From the NCBI GenBank assembly GCA_963771905.1, contig CAVYVI010000014.1, positions 287,339 to 351,338 on the forward strand: a stretch of DNA of 64,000 nt, given 5' to 3'. Positions 27,862-37,027 of the stretch are shown in pieces. The notes under the pieces are model-generated. The model searched no databases. It was not told where the DNA came from and saw only the letters and a program-made list of their open reading frames with translations. The translations under genes were made by a program, and so were the position numbers. The stretch is from an uncultured Acidobacteriota bacterium. GTDB taxonomy: Bacteria > Acidobacteriota > Terriglobia > Acidiferrales > UBA7541. Positions within the stretch are counted from its first letter, which is position 1, and every line of letters starts with the position of its first letter.

Positions 27862-28904
27862 CTCCGTCGCCCGTTCGCGTGGCCGTTGTTGGCGTCGGCG
27901 ATTTTGGCCGCAATCACGTTCGCGTCTGGCGCGAACTCCCGGGCGCAACGCTCGTCGGCATCGTCGATCTGAATCCCGACCGCGCCAAGGCCGTGGCCGA
28001 TGAATTTCAAACGACGGCGCTTTCGGGTGTTTCCGCGCTTCGCGGCAACGTCGATGCCGTCAGCCTGGCCGTCCCGACCATCGAGCATGCGCGCCTCGGC
28101 TGTTTCCTGCTTGAACAGGGAATCGATCTGCTCGTCGAAAAGCCCATCGCCGGTTCTCTCGACGAAGCCGATGCCTTGATCGCCTCGGCGAAACGCGCCG
28201 ACCGCATCCTGCAAGTCGGCCATCTCGAGCGCTTCAATCCCGCCGTCGTTGCGGCGGAAAAAATTGTCACCCGCCCGCTCTTTTTCGAAGTCCATCGCCT
28301 CGGCGTTTTTTCGCCGCGCAGCCTCGATGTCGACGTCGTTTACGACCTCATGATTCACGATCTCGACATTCTCCTCGCGCTTCTTGATTCGCCGGTCACC
28401 GATCTGCGCGCCGTCGGCATTCCCGTCATCACCGACAAAATCGACATCGCTCACGCGCGCCTCGAATTCGCTTCCGGCGCCGTCGCTAATCTCACCGCCA
28501 GCCGCGTCTCAACTGAAAAAGTTCGCAAGATGCGCTTCTTTCAGGAGCACGAATATATTTCGCTCGATTTCACGCGCCAGGATGCCCTCCGTGTTCGCGT
28601 CAACGCCGGCTCCGATTCCGCGAATCGCGATTCCGCCAATCCTTTCGATCCTTCGAATCTCGCCGGCGGTTTGAACGATTCCGATCCGCGCGTGAATTTC
28701 GAAAAGCTTCCGGTCGCGCCGGAAGAGCCGCTGCGCGCCGAGCTCCGTGAATTTCTCGATGCCGTCCGAACGCGCCAAAAGCCGCGCGTCGATGGCGCCG
28801 CCGCCCGCCGCGCTCTGGCTCTCGCCGATCGCGTTATGCAAGGCATCCTCGAGCACGCGCGCCGCGTCCAACTCGGTGCATTCGCACCTCAGGATTCTCG
28901 ATGA
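27858..28904 (+). CDS. Gfo/Idh/MocA-family NAD(P)-dependent oxidoreductase, translationally coupled to lpxI
   Basis: N-terminal Rossmann VAVVGVGDFGRNH plus the EKP motif (LLVEKPIAGS). A 4-nt ATGA-type overlap with the lpxI stop (27858-27861). Confidence 0.8.
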   Translation: MTPSPVRVAVVGVGDFGRNHVRVWRELPGATLVGIVDLNPDRAKAVADEFQTTALSGVSALRGNVDAVSLAVPTIEHARLGCFLLEQGIDLLVEKPIAGSLDEADALIASAKRADRILQVGHLERFNPAVVAAEKIVTRPLFFEVHRLGVFSPRSLDVDVVYDLMIHDLDILLALLDSPVTDLRAVGIPVITDKIDIAHARLEFASGAVANLTASRVSTEKVRKMRFFQEHEYISLDFTRQDALRVRVNAGSDSANRDSANPFDPSNLAGGLNDSDPRVNFEKLPVAPEEPLRAELREFLDAVRTRQKPRVDGAAARRALALADRVMQGILEHARRVQLGAFAPQDSR

Positions 28905-30262
28905 TCCCCCGCACCCTGGTTCCGGTAGACATACGCAAGTTCGACGCGAGCGAGCCCAAGCCGGCCCCGCGCCGCCTTTCCTCCACCCTCGACGAGCGCA
29001 CCATCGTTCCGCGCGATCTGCCCATCACGCTCATCGACGACGCCACCTCCGCCATTCCTTCTCACGTTCCCCGCGACGTTATCGTCGCCCGCTCGCTCAT
29101 CGACCGTTCCTGGCACGTCGAACGCAGCGAAAATCGCACCGGCCATCGCGTCGAGACCTATCTCGACGAGCGTTCCGTCGTTCCCTCCGTCGTCTCTCCT
29201 CAATCCGACGAAGGGCGCCAGAAGCTCGAAGTGCTTCCGCAGCTCACTGCCGGCCTTCTCGATGTGATCGATCCCGACGTCATGACCACCGGCGACGTCA
29301 ATCTCCTCGCCACTCCTCATGAGGACCGCGACGCGCGCTGGAACAACATCTCGCGCATGTTTTCCCTGGCCTTTCACGTGGGAATCATCCTTCTCGCGCT
29401 GTCGTCGCCGGAATTCTTCAAGCACATTCCCACCGACGATGAAGTCGCTCTCGCGCAAAAGCAGCTCGGCAGCTTCTTGTATATCCCGTCCGACGCGATC
29501 CCGCGCAATCCTGGTCCGCGCGGCCCTGTCGTGCGCATCAATCCGAAGGCGCTCAAAAATAAAATCGCTCCGCCGGAAATTCCCGCGCCGCCGTCGGCTC
29601 CGCCCGTTGCAAAGCCCACGCCTTCCGTGAACGATCTTCCGGCCGCGCCCGTTCCGCACCCGAATCCAACGGCAACGCAGCCGTCACCAAACACGTCGAG
29701 CGCCCTCGCGCCGATTCCCATGAAGCCCGCCGAGCCGACACCGGGGAAATTGAATCTCTCGATCCCCAACATGTCGCCTGGCCGCGCCATCCAGAATTCC
29801 GTCCAGGACGCCGCCAATCAATCGAGTGCGGGCGGTCTCCGCCCCGCTCCTTCCTATCCCGGAGGCGGTGGAGGCGGAGGTGGCGGAGGCGGCGGCCACG
29901 GCCCCGGCATGGGCAACGGTTACCAGATCATGACCCCGACCGACGGCGTCGATTTCTCCGGCTACATTCAGCGCCTGCTCGCCAGCTTGCAGCGCAACTG
30001 GGAGGCCGTGATTCCCGAATCCGCGCGCCTCGGCGACAAAGGCGCCGTGGTCACCCAGTTCAAGATTTTGCCGAGCGGCCAGGTTCCCGAACCCGATCCG
30101 ACGCTCATTCGCACATCGGGCAAGGAGCCGCTTGATCGCGCCGCTATGTCCGCGATACACGCGTCGAATCCGTTTGAGCCGCTGCCGTCGGCTTACCATC
30201 GCCCCTACTTCGAAATCCGCATCATCTTTCTCTATAATTTGCCTCTCGATTACTACCAGTGA
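28901..30262 (+). CDS. TonB-family protein (Pro-rich spacer, poly-Gly tract, C-terminal TonB domain)
   Basis: TM helix FSLAFHVGIILLALS, Pro-rich region (PPEIPAPPSAPPVAKPTPS...), an 11-Gly run, and a C-terminal TonB_C-like domain (FSGYIQRLLASLQRNWE ... LDRAAMSAIHASNPFEPLP). It overlaps the previous gene by 4 nt. Confidence 0.7.
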   Translation: MIPRTLVPVDIRKFDASEPKPAPRRLSSTLDERTIVPRDLPITLIDDATSAIPSHVPRDVIVARSLIDRSWHVERSENRTGHRVETYLDERSVVPSVVSPQSDEGRQKLEVLPQLTAGLLDVIDPDVMTTGDVNLLATPHEDRDARWNNISRMFSLAFHVGIILLALSSPEFFKHIPTDDEVALAQKQLGSFLYIPSDAIPRNPGPRGPVVRINPKALKNKIAPPEIPAPPSAPPVAKPTPSVNDLPAAPVPHPNPTATQPSPNTSSALAPIPMKPAEPTPGKLNLSIPNMSPGRAIQNSVQDAANQSSAGGLRPAPSYPGGGGGGGGGGGGHGPGMGNGYQIMTPTDGVDFSGYIQRLLASLQRNWEAVIPESARLGDKGAVVTQFKILPSGQVPEPDPTLIRTSGKEPLDRAAMSAIHASNPFEPLPSAYHRPYFEIRIIFLYNLPLDYYQ

Positions 30263-30350
30263 AGCCGCAACGCATGCAGGTTCTCGGCGCGCTTCTTCTC
30301 GCCGCCGCCGCTCTCGCATTCTTATTGTTGCGTTATTGGAAAATGAAGGG

Positions 30351-31322
30351 ATGAACGCGCCCGCGCGGCTCATCGTGATCCTGGGCCCCACCGCTTCGGG
30401 AAAATCCGCGCTCGGAATTCGTCTCGCGAAAAAACTCGACGGCGAAATCGTCGTCTGTGATTCAACGCAAGTTTATCGCCGCTTCGACATCGGCACCGCG
30501 AAAATTCTGCCCGCCGCGCAGCAGGGAATTCCGCACTGGATGATCGATGTGGTCGAGCCCGCCGAAGTTTTTACTGCCGGCGATTACCGCCGCCGCGCCG
30601 AAATGGTCTTACGCGACATTCGCGCACGCGGCCGCGTCCCCATCGTCACCGCCGGCACAGGCCTCTATCTTCGCGCGCTGCTCGAAGGCCTCGCCGAAGC
30701 GCCCACGCGCTCCGAAGATCTGCGCACGCGCCTGCGCGAAATTTCGGCCCGCCGCGGCGCGGCCCATCTTCATCGCTTGCTTCAGCGCGTCGATCGCGAG
30801 ACGTCCGCGCGCATTGCCGCGGAGGACGCGCAGAAAATCATTCGCGCCATCGAGATTCGCCTACTCGCGAAAAGATCTGTCGGCGAAGTGCATAGCCGCG
30901 GTCGCGCGCCGCTTGAGGGCTTCTCGCCGCTTAAAATTGCCTTGCGCCCACCGCGCGCCGCGCTCTACGCTCGCATTGAGAAGCGCGTTTACGAGATGTT
31001 CGACGCGGGCTGGCTCGACGAAGTTCGCCAACTCCTCCGCTCAGGCGTCCCGCGCGATTCCAAACCCTTCACCTTCATCGGTTATCGCGAAATTCTTGCC
31101 CATCTCGATGGAACTGCGGCGCTCCCGCTAACCGTCGCCGCCGCACAAGCGCCGCGCGTCCGCGAGCTTCCGCGCGAATCCATCATCCCCGAAATTCAAA
31201 AATCCACGCGCCATTTCTCGAAGCGCCAACTCACCTGGTTCGCCCGCGAATCCGGCGCGCATTGGCTCGAATCTTTCGGCGACGATCCCTCCATCGAGTC
31301 CCGCGCCCTCGCTCTTCTCTGA
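30351..31322 (+). CDS. miaA: tRNA dimethylallyltransferase MiaA
   Basis: LIVILGPTASGKSALGIRLAKKLDGEIVVCDSTQVYRRFDIGTAK (P-loop plus the DS.QVY motif). The start is at ATG 30351; the track ORF begins at 30132. Confidence 0.9.
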   Translation: MNAPARLIVILGPTASGKSALGIRLAKKLDGEIVVCDSTQVYRRFDIGTAKILPAAQQGIPHWMIDVVEPAEVFTAGDYRRRAEMVLRDIRARGRVPIVTAGTGLYLRALLEGLAEAPTRSEDLRTRLREISARRGAAHLHRLLQRVDRETSARIAAEDAQKIIRAIEIRLLAKRSVGEVHSRGRAPLEGFSPLKIALRPPRAALYARIEKRVYEMFDAGWLDEVRQLLRSGVPRDSKPFTFIGYREILAHLDGTAALPLTVAAAQAPRVRELPRESIIPEIQKSTRHFSKRQLTWFARESGAHWLESFGDDPSIESRALALL

Positions 31323-31369
31323 CGTCGTTTTTCCCTAAGAGGTCAGCGCCCCAGCGCTTGAACGCACTT

Positions 31370-32398
31370 TCACTGTGTCTCCGGCATTTTCTCGAGCGCT
31401 CCGGCCGGCAATTCTCCCAGTCCGATATGTTTTTTCAGCCAATCATAGCGGTCGCGCCGCGCCTGGGCATTCAAAGAATGCGTCGCGTCGTAATACTGGA
31501 CCTCTTTCGGCCCTGTGCTCATCTCGAAATAGTGCTTTTCCATCGGCACGGTCATGAACTCGTCGTGCGTGGCATATTGAAAGAACGCCGGCGACGGCCC
31601 AAAATACGCCGCATACGTGCCCGGATCCGTCCACGCATATTTCGTGAGATACTCCTGGATTTTTTCACCGCCGACCGCTTTCCGGAACGCCACGATTTGC
31701 GGCAGGTCGGACTTCAGCATGTCTGAAACTTCCACTGGATTTCCCATAAACACGAACGCCGTCGGCCGCTTGTCCACCGCGTCCAGAATCGCGCCCGCAA
31801 TGGCGCCGAAGCTGTGCCCGACGTACGCTACGCGCTTCGCGTCCACGTCCGCTCGCGTGAGCAGCACGTCGAGCCCGCGCCGCAGGTCCACTGTCTCTTG
31901 CCGCGTTACTTCCGCCGCTTGCGAGCTCAGCGGATCGGCGTCGAGCTTGAATCCCTGTCGCACCTGCGGCGCGTCGATCATCAGCGACACGACTCCCGCT
32001 TGCGCCAGGATGATTGCCTCTTCCAAAAATTCGCCGCGATTCGCGCTCGGCGAATTCGGCATCATCCAATGCCCCCACAGAATCGCCGCAAATTTTCCTT
32101 TTTCCGCCGGCACAACCAGATACGCCGGGACGCGTCCGCCCAACGGGCTCGCATAATCGATGTCGTGAATTTTCACGCCGCCGCGATCCCGCACGCCCCT
32201 TTCCTCCACATCGAGCGCCGGCGTCGCGTCATATGCAAAATGCTGCGCCAATTGCGGCAGCGTCTCGTGCGCCTTCGTCGCGCTCGCGGGCGTCAGCTCC
32301 ATCGCGGCGCAAATCACTATCGCCGCCATCATGGCCATTACCGCCGACATCGTCATCGCCCCTCCAGATCGCGGGCCAAAAAACTCAGAGGGCGGCAA
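31370..32398 (-). CDS. Secreted alpha/beta hydrolase (dienelactone-hydrolase-like)
   Basis: Signal-like N-terminus, nucleophile elbow VGHSFGA, and a late His (ATHDEF / DATHSL). Substrate unknown. Confidence 0.65.
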   Translation of the reverse strand: MPPSEFFGPRSGGAMTMSAVMAMMAAIVICAAMELTPASATKAHETLPQLAQHFAYDATPALDVEERGVRDRGGVKIHDIDYASPLGGRVPAYLVVPAEKGKFAAILWGHWMMPNSPSANRGEFLEEAIILAQAGVVSLMIDAPQVRQGFKLDADPLSSQAAEVTRQETVDLRRGLDVLLTRADVDAKRVAYVGHSFGAIAGAILDAVDKRPTAFVFMGNPVEVSDMLKSDLPQIVAFRKAVGGEKIQEYLTKYAWTDPGTYAAYFGPSPAFFQYATHDEFMTVPMEKHYFEMSTGPKEVQYYDATHSLNAQARRDRYDWLKKHIGLGELPAGALEKMPETQ

Positions 32399-32446
32399 CG
32401 CGCCGAACGAAGCTCGGGCCGCCGCCCCCAGAATTTTTTGCGGTCG

Positions 32447-32935
32447 CTACGGTGCGACCACAATCGCGAGCCTTACTCCCGGATATACTGGATCAATCAG
32501 ATAGTAATTCCCGTCGATGAAGTCGACGTACACCAGATCGCTGTAGGCCCAGCGCGCTGGCCACGGATCGACCAAATTAAAATAATATCCGCCGTACTGA
32601 AATCGCGGATGCCCCTCAAACGTTTCGATGTGGCCGACGCGGAACCGGTGCTGCACGCCGAAATGCGCCTTGAACTTGTCGTCCGGAATTCGGCCGCTGC
32701 CGTGCGGTGCCATTTCGTGGGCCTGCGGGTGCGCGGGAGCCGCGTGCTCTTCGGGTTTCGGCTTGGCCTTTTCTTCCGGCTTCGCCTTCTCGTCCGGCTT
32801 GGCCTCTTCGTGGTGTTCGGCAGGCTTCGCCTCGTCCTGTTTGGGCTTGTCGTCCTGCGGCCGCGCGAACGCGGGCGCCGCCGTTCCAACGGCCAAAAAC
32901 AAGATTGCTGAGCCAATCCATGCAGTTGCTTTCAT
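32447..32935 (-). CDS. Secreted protein with a Lys/Pro/Glu-rich repeat region (hypothetical)
   Basis: The start is at MKATAWIGSAILFLAVGTAAPAFA (signal). Low-complexity KPKQDEAKPAEHHEEAKPDEKAKPEEKAKPKPEE is followed by a compact C-terminal domain (GHPRFQYGGYYFNLVDPWP). Confidence 0.55.
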   Translation of the reverse strand: MKATAWIGSAILFLAVGTAAPAFARPQDDKPKQDEAKPAEHHEEAKPDEKAKPEEKAKPKPEEHAAPAHPQAHEMAPHGSGRIPDDKFKAHFGVQHRFRVGHIETFEGHPRFQYGGYYFNLVDPWPARWAYSDLVYVDFIDGNYYLIDPVYPGVRLAIVVAP

Positions 32936-33340
32936 CGGTCGTGCCTCCATTCGATTCTTGGTTTGCGAGCGCCAACTCTGCTTCAATTGGATGGCGCCTG
33001 CTTCAAAACGTGACGTGGCCTAAATGCATCTGGCGAAGGATCGATTTTGTGACTCGTACGGAGAATCCTCGGCGTTGGTTCTGTCGGAGTTGGATCGCAT
33101 TCCAATCGGTGCGTGTGACTCGTAGATCCGGCAGAAAGTTCATTCGGGTTCGGGCCGGGTGTTGCGCCGTGGCTGGGTTGTCGCAGCATGGCTCCGCGGC
33201 CACGATATCCGAAGATTCAAGAAATTTCAATTTCGCCGTCTGCGCAAATTGGCGGCACGCGGCAGTGAAAAGCGAAACGCGATGAAGGAAAAGAGGAAAA
33301 TGGAATTGAGTGGCGGCGGCACGCGGCGGCGCGCGCGGGC

Positions 33341-33877
33341 TCAAGCAGTTGGAGCAGGACGATCGCGAGCGCCGGTCAGCGAGTGAACCGAAAGCGCCAT
33401 TATCAAGAGGCCCAGCACGCCCAGCGGCATCACCCATTCTTTTTCTCGAGCTACCACGCCCGCGACGCGGCTGACGGAGGGATGCGTCCCGAGATACTCA
33501 AGCCGAATCCGCTCGCCGGGATTGAGTGTCTAGCCGGTTTGCGTGCTTTCGAACGACCGACCATCGGGAAGGACGTACTCGTACGTCACGTAGCTCTGCG
33601 CCGTGTGGTTCGCGCCGTACGACAAGCTAGAGTAGAGAACCGTTCCCACAATCTCCCGGCTGTTCAATTTGTACAGATAGTCGAGACCGCTCCTGCCCAC
33701 GGAAATCAAAGCGAGCAACAAACCAAACGCGCCGAACAGAAGCAACCCGGTGCGTTCGTTTGCCGCCGTGCGTTTCGTGCGTCCATTTTCTGCGAACCAC
33801 CCGCGCCCGCCAATGGTACGCCCTGACCCCTTTCGACACGGCAAAGTCCGACATAGCATCGGCGGGCCGGTTTCCAA
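33341..33877 (-). pseudogene. DUF3592-like membrane protein interrupted by an in-frame TAG
   Basis: The ORF ends at TAG (33532..33530). The same frame then continues for 62 more codons (TLNPGERIRLEYLGTHPSVSRVAGVVAREKEWVMPLGVLGLLIMALSVHSL...) to TGA at 33343..33341. The joined product has the DUF3592 layout: TM, beta-rich core (GTVLYSS..YVTYEYVLPDG..), then a second TM. Confidence 0.55.
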
Positions 33878-34328
33878 TACAACGGCTAGACCGAGTTGCT
33901 CGGAACTCTTCGATGGGACGGATTACATGAGCCAGGGCGGCGGAATCCCGGAATATACATGGTTCCCGAAGCCAGGGAGGTTTCATTGGAATTGCAAGTT
34001 TATCTATCCACGATTATGGCTGAGCCTCTCAGAACCTGGGATTTTGACAAGAATTGTGCGCTGTGGAATCTAACAAGCAATCAGTAACAAGAAGTTCTCC
34101 TGCCTGTCACTCTGTCTGCAAGACCATAGAGCAGATACACGAGCGCCCGATGCCGATCGAATGAGCAAAGGTCACATCGTAGACTTATCGCTCGATCAGG
34201 AAATATCTGCGCGCTAATGTCGGGGACGAGGACGCCAACGTGGCTCCGGTCCACCAGGCATCGTCACGCGACTGGCGGACCGCAGCAGATGACGGGAAGA
34301 CCTCCCGGGCACCGGCAAGAGCGGCAGC

Positions 34329-35447
34329 TCACTGAGATTCATCTTTCGCCCGTGTCTGGTCCGTAATCCAGTTCACTTCCCAAGTCTTGCCCCCATCATC
34401 CGAGAAGGACTGCTCGAAATGTGCCGAGTTCGGCGTGATCTCCGACCAGGCGTATCGAACAAAAATTTCTCTGCCGTTGATTGGCTCCTGATCGTAAAAT
34501 TCGCCGCGTCCATTCTTGAAGTCTCCGACGGTGGGTGGCATTGCCAAAATGCCGTTCCTGCCGTTCGCCCAAAACAGGCTCCACTGATGAGATTGCGGAT
34601 TGTACAGGCGCAGAGTCAGACCTTCGATATGGCCAGAAGCGCCGTCCGTCTCGAATTCCTCCAGCTCGGCTCGCCCATCCCAAACCTTTCGCGTCACCGT
34701 TGTGCCGTCAAACTCGACCCACGTGCTTGATCCTGTCAGAGGATTCACCAGCCGCTTGAGGTGGATTTTCCACGCGCCGATCTCGAAATCAAAATCGTGT
34801 TGCCCCGGTTCCATGTCGGCGGAGTGAGGCGGCGCTTGCACTGGATCTTCCTTTGTGCGCGTCAATTTCGCGATCACGTTCGGCTCCCAGGTTTTTCCTC
34901 CGTCATCCGAAAATGCCTGTTCGAAACGGTGCGAATCCGCGGTGATGTCCGACCAAATAATCCGAACCAAAATTGTTCGGCCGTTAAATGCCTCTTGATC
35001 GAAGAATTCGCCCCGCCCATTTTTGAATTCGCCGATCGACGGTTGGCCCAGCGTGCCGATCTTGCTGTTCGCAAAATTGAGGCTCCACTGGTGCGCTTGG
35101 GGGCTGTAGAGAAACAACCCCAAATCTTCGAAATGACCCTTCGCGCCGTCGGCTTCGACCTCCTCCAGTTGCGCGCGCCCGTCCCAAATCTTTCGAACGA
35201 CCACCGTGCCGTCGAGTTCCACCCACTCGGTCGATCCCGTCAGCGGATGCTGCAGGCGCGAGATGTGCGTCTTCCAGGTGCCGAAGTTGAAATCAAAATC
35301 GTGCTGCCCATCGCGCTCCCTGGTCGCGCGCTGCGCTCCTGTTTCGGCCGCGGCTTGGGCCGTTCCTGAAAACGCCCGAGTCGGCTGCGCCAGATAGCCG
35401 AGCGTGCACAACAAAAAATAGATCCCAATGCGCCGAAACATCTTCAT
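34329..35447 (-). CDS. Secreted protein made of two tandem copies of an uncharacterised domain of about 150 aa
   Basis: The start is at MKMFRRIGIYFLLCTLGYLAQPTRAFS (signal). Repeat 1 is GQHDFDFNFGTWKTHISRL...FSDDGGKTWEPN. Repeat 2 is GQHDFDFEIGAWKIHLKRL...FSDDGGKTWEVN. The two repeats are roughly 55-60% identical by eye. Confidence 0.75.
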   Translation of the reverse strand: MKMFRRIGIYFLLCTLGYLAQPTRAFSGTAQAAAETGAQRATRERDGQHDFDFNFGTWKTHISRLQHPLTGSTEWVELDGTVVVRKIWDGRAQLEEVEADGAKGHFEDLGLFLYSPQAHQWSLNFANSKIGTLGQPSIGEFKNGRGEFFDQEAFNGRTILVRIIWSDITADSHRFEQAFSDDGGKTWEPNVIAKLTRTKEDPVQAPPHSADMEPGQHDFDFEIGAWKIHLKRLVNPLTGSSTWVEFDGTTVTRKVWDGRAELEEFETDGASGHIEGLTLRLYNPQSHQWSLFWANGRNGILAMPPTVGDFKNGRGEFYDQEPINGREIFVRYAWSEITPNSAHFEQSFSDDGGKTWEVNWITDQTRAKDESQ

Positions 35448-35590
35448 TGTTTCCTCCCGGTTCACGACTCGCATGCCCGAGCGAGCCGCCGCCATTTCGC
35501 ACAGCCCTAGTTCATCCAGCGACGCTGCGAATCCCTCGCGGCAGCTGCAACAATGACCTTCCCTGTGATATTTTCAAAGATCCACTTTCC

Positions 35591-37027
35591 ATGCAATTCG
35601 TGATACCACTTTCGAGGAAGGGTGAACCGCTCTACCGTCAGGTGTACCGCGGCTTGCGGCAAGCCATCCTCTCGGGCACTTTCCGCGCCGGTGACTGCCT
35701 TCCGTCGACGCGTGATCTGGCTGAGGAACTTGGCATTTCGAGGACGGTTGTGCTCCTCGCTTACGATCAATTGCTTGCGGAAGGCTTCGTAGCTGGCCGC
35801 GGCGGTTCAGGAACGTATGTTTCCGAAGGATTGGGCGGCAGCAGGCCAAGAAGACTGCAAAACTCCGCCGGGCTGCAACTTTCGCGGTACGGTTCGGCAG
35901 CCGCCGCTATTGCCGCAACTGTCGATTTTCCCGGCCGCCGCTCGATTCCTCTCCGCTACGATTTCGCGTATGGAGGACGCGGCGACGTCGAAACTTTTCC
36001 CTTCGAAATGTGGCGGCGCATCTTGCTGCGCCATGCGCGCAAGGCCCCTGTCCGGGAGCTTGACTATGGTGCGGCGGCTGGCAGCCTCGCTCTTCGCGAG
36101 GCCATTTCTGTCCATGTGCGCCGGTCTCGCGCCGTGCTCTGCGATTCGTCGCAAGTGATTGTCGTTAACGGCTCGCAGCAAGCCTTGGATCTTGTTGCAC
36201 GGGTATTGATAGAGCGCGGCGATCCCGTCGCTATTGAGGATCCGCAATATCAGGGCGCGACGGAAATCCTTCGCACCGTGGGCGCTCGTTTGCTGCCGGT
36301 GCCCGTCGATCGCGACGGCTTGAATCCCGGCAAGCTGCCGAAGTATGCCCGCCTAGCCTTCGCAACTCCTTCGCACCAGTTTCCAACTGGCGCGATTCTT
36401 CCGCTCGCTCGCCGCCTGGCTCTCCTCGATTGGGCCAGGCGCAAAGACGCGGTCATAGTTGAAGACGACTACGATGGTGAGTTCCGTTACGAAGGACAGC
36501 CGCTCGAGTCTCTGCAAGGCCTCGATACGGAGGGACGCGTCATCTACATTGGAACGTTCTCGCGCACGGTCTTTTCGGCGCTTCGCATCGGTTACTTGAT
36601 CGCTCCCAAATCACTGGTTCCCGCGTTTACCTCGACCAAATGGCTCTGTGATCGCCATACCGCGACGCTCGAACAAGAAACGCTCGCGGAGTTCATCTCG
36701 ACGGGAATGTACGAACGCCATCTGCGTCGCGTTCGGCGCAGAAACACGGCGCGTCGTGAAGCGTTACTCGTCGCCATTCGCATTCATCTGGGAGATCGTG
36801 TCGAGGTCAGCGGTGACGGTGCTGGCGCTCACATCGTACTCTGGCCCGGCAAGCGCGTGTCGGAAAACGCCGTTATCGAAAGAGCGGCATCTCGCGGAGT
36901 TGGCATCTACGGAATATCCGGCTACTACTTGACGCGGCCTTCGAGAACCGGGCTAATGCTCGGCTACTCGCACATGAGGGAGCAAGAAATCCAAGAGGGT
37001 ATCCGGCGTCTCAGCGAAATCCTCTGA
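35591..37027 (+). CDS. MocR/PdxR-type regulator (GntR wHTH fused to a PLP aminotransferase-like domain)
   Basis: N-terminal GntR wHTH (PLYRQVYRGLRQAILSGTFRAGDCLPSTRDLAEELGISRTVVLLAYDQLLAEGFV), then a fold-type-I aminotransferase-like domain (DDYDGEFRY, GTFSRTV). The start is at ATG 35591. Confidence 0.85.
   Translation: MQFVIPLSRKGEPLYRQVYRGLRQAILSGTFRAGDCLPSTRDLAEELGISRTVVLLAYDQLLAEGFVAGRGGSGTYVSEGLGGSRPRRLQNSAGLQLSRYGSAAAAIAATVDFPGRRSIPLRYDFAYGGRGDVETFPFEMWRRILLRHARKAPVRELDYGAAAGSLALREAISVHVRRSRAVLCDSSQVIVVNGSQQALDLVARVLIERGDPVAIEDPQYQGATEILRTVGARLLPVPVDRDGLNPGKLPKYARLAFATPSHQFPTGAILPLARRLALLDWARRKDAVIVEDDYDGEFRYEGQPLESLQGLDTEGRVIYIGTFSRTVFSALRIGYLIAPKSLVPAFTSTKWLCDRHTATLEQETLAEFISTGMYERHLRRVRRRNTARREALLVAIRIHLGDRVEVSGDGAGAHIVLWPGKRVSENAVIERAASRGVGIYGISGYYLTRPSRTGLMLGYSHMREQEIQEGIRRLSEIL

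Noticed and set aside
29861-29893. Run of 11 glycine codons (gga ggc ggt gga ggc gga ggt ggc gga ggc ggc) in the TonB-like gene, as a possible slippage or phase-variation tract
   Set aside because: Codon usage within the run is mixed, so it is not a perfect simple-sequence repeat. Any length change would be in-frame. It most likely just encodes a flexible linker.
33530-33532. In-frame TAG as programmed readthrough or pyrrolysine
   Set aside because: There are no pyl genes or recoding signals in view, and it is a single occurrence in a decaying-looking region. A nonsense mutation or sequencing error is the simpler explanation.
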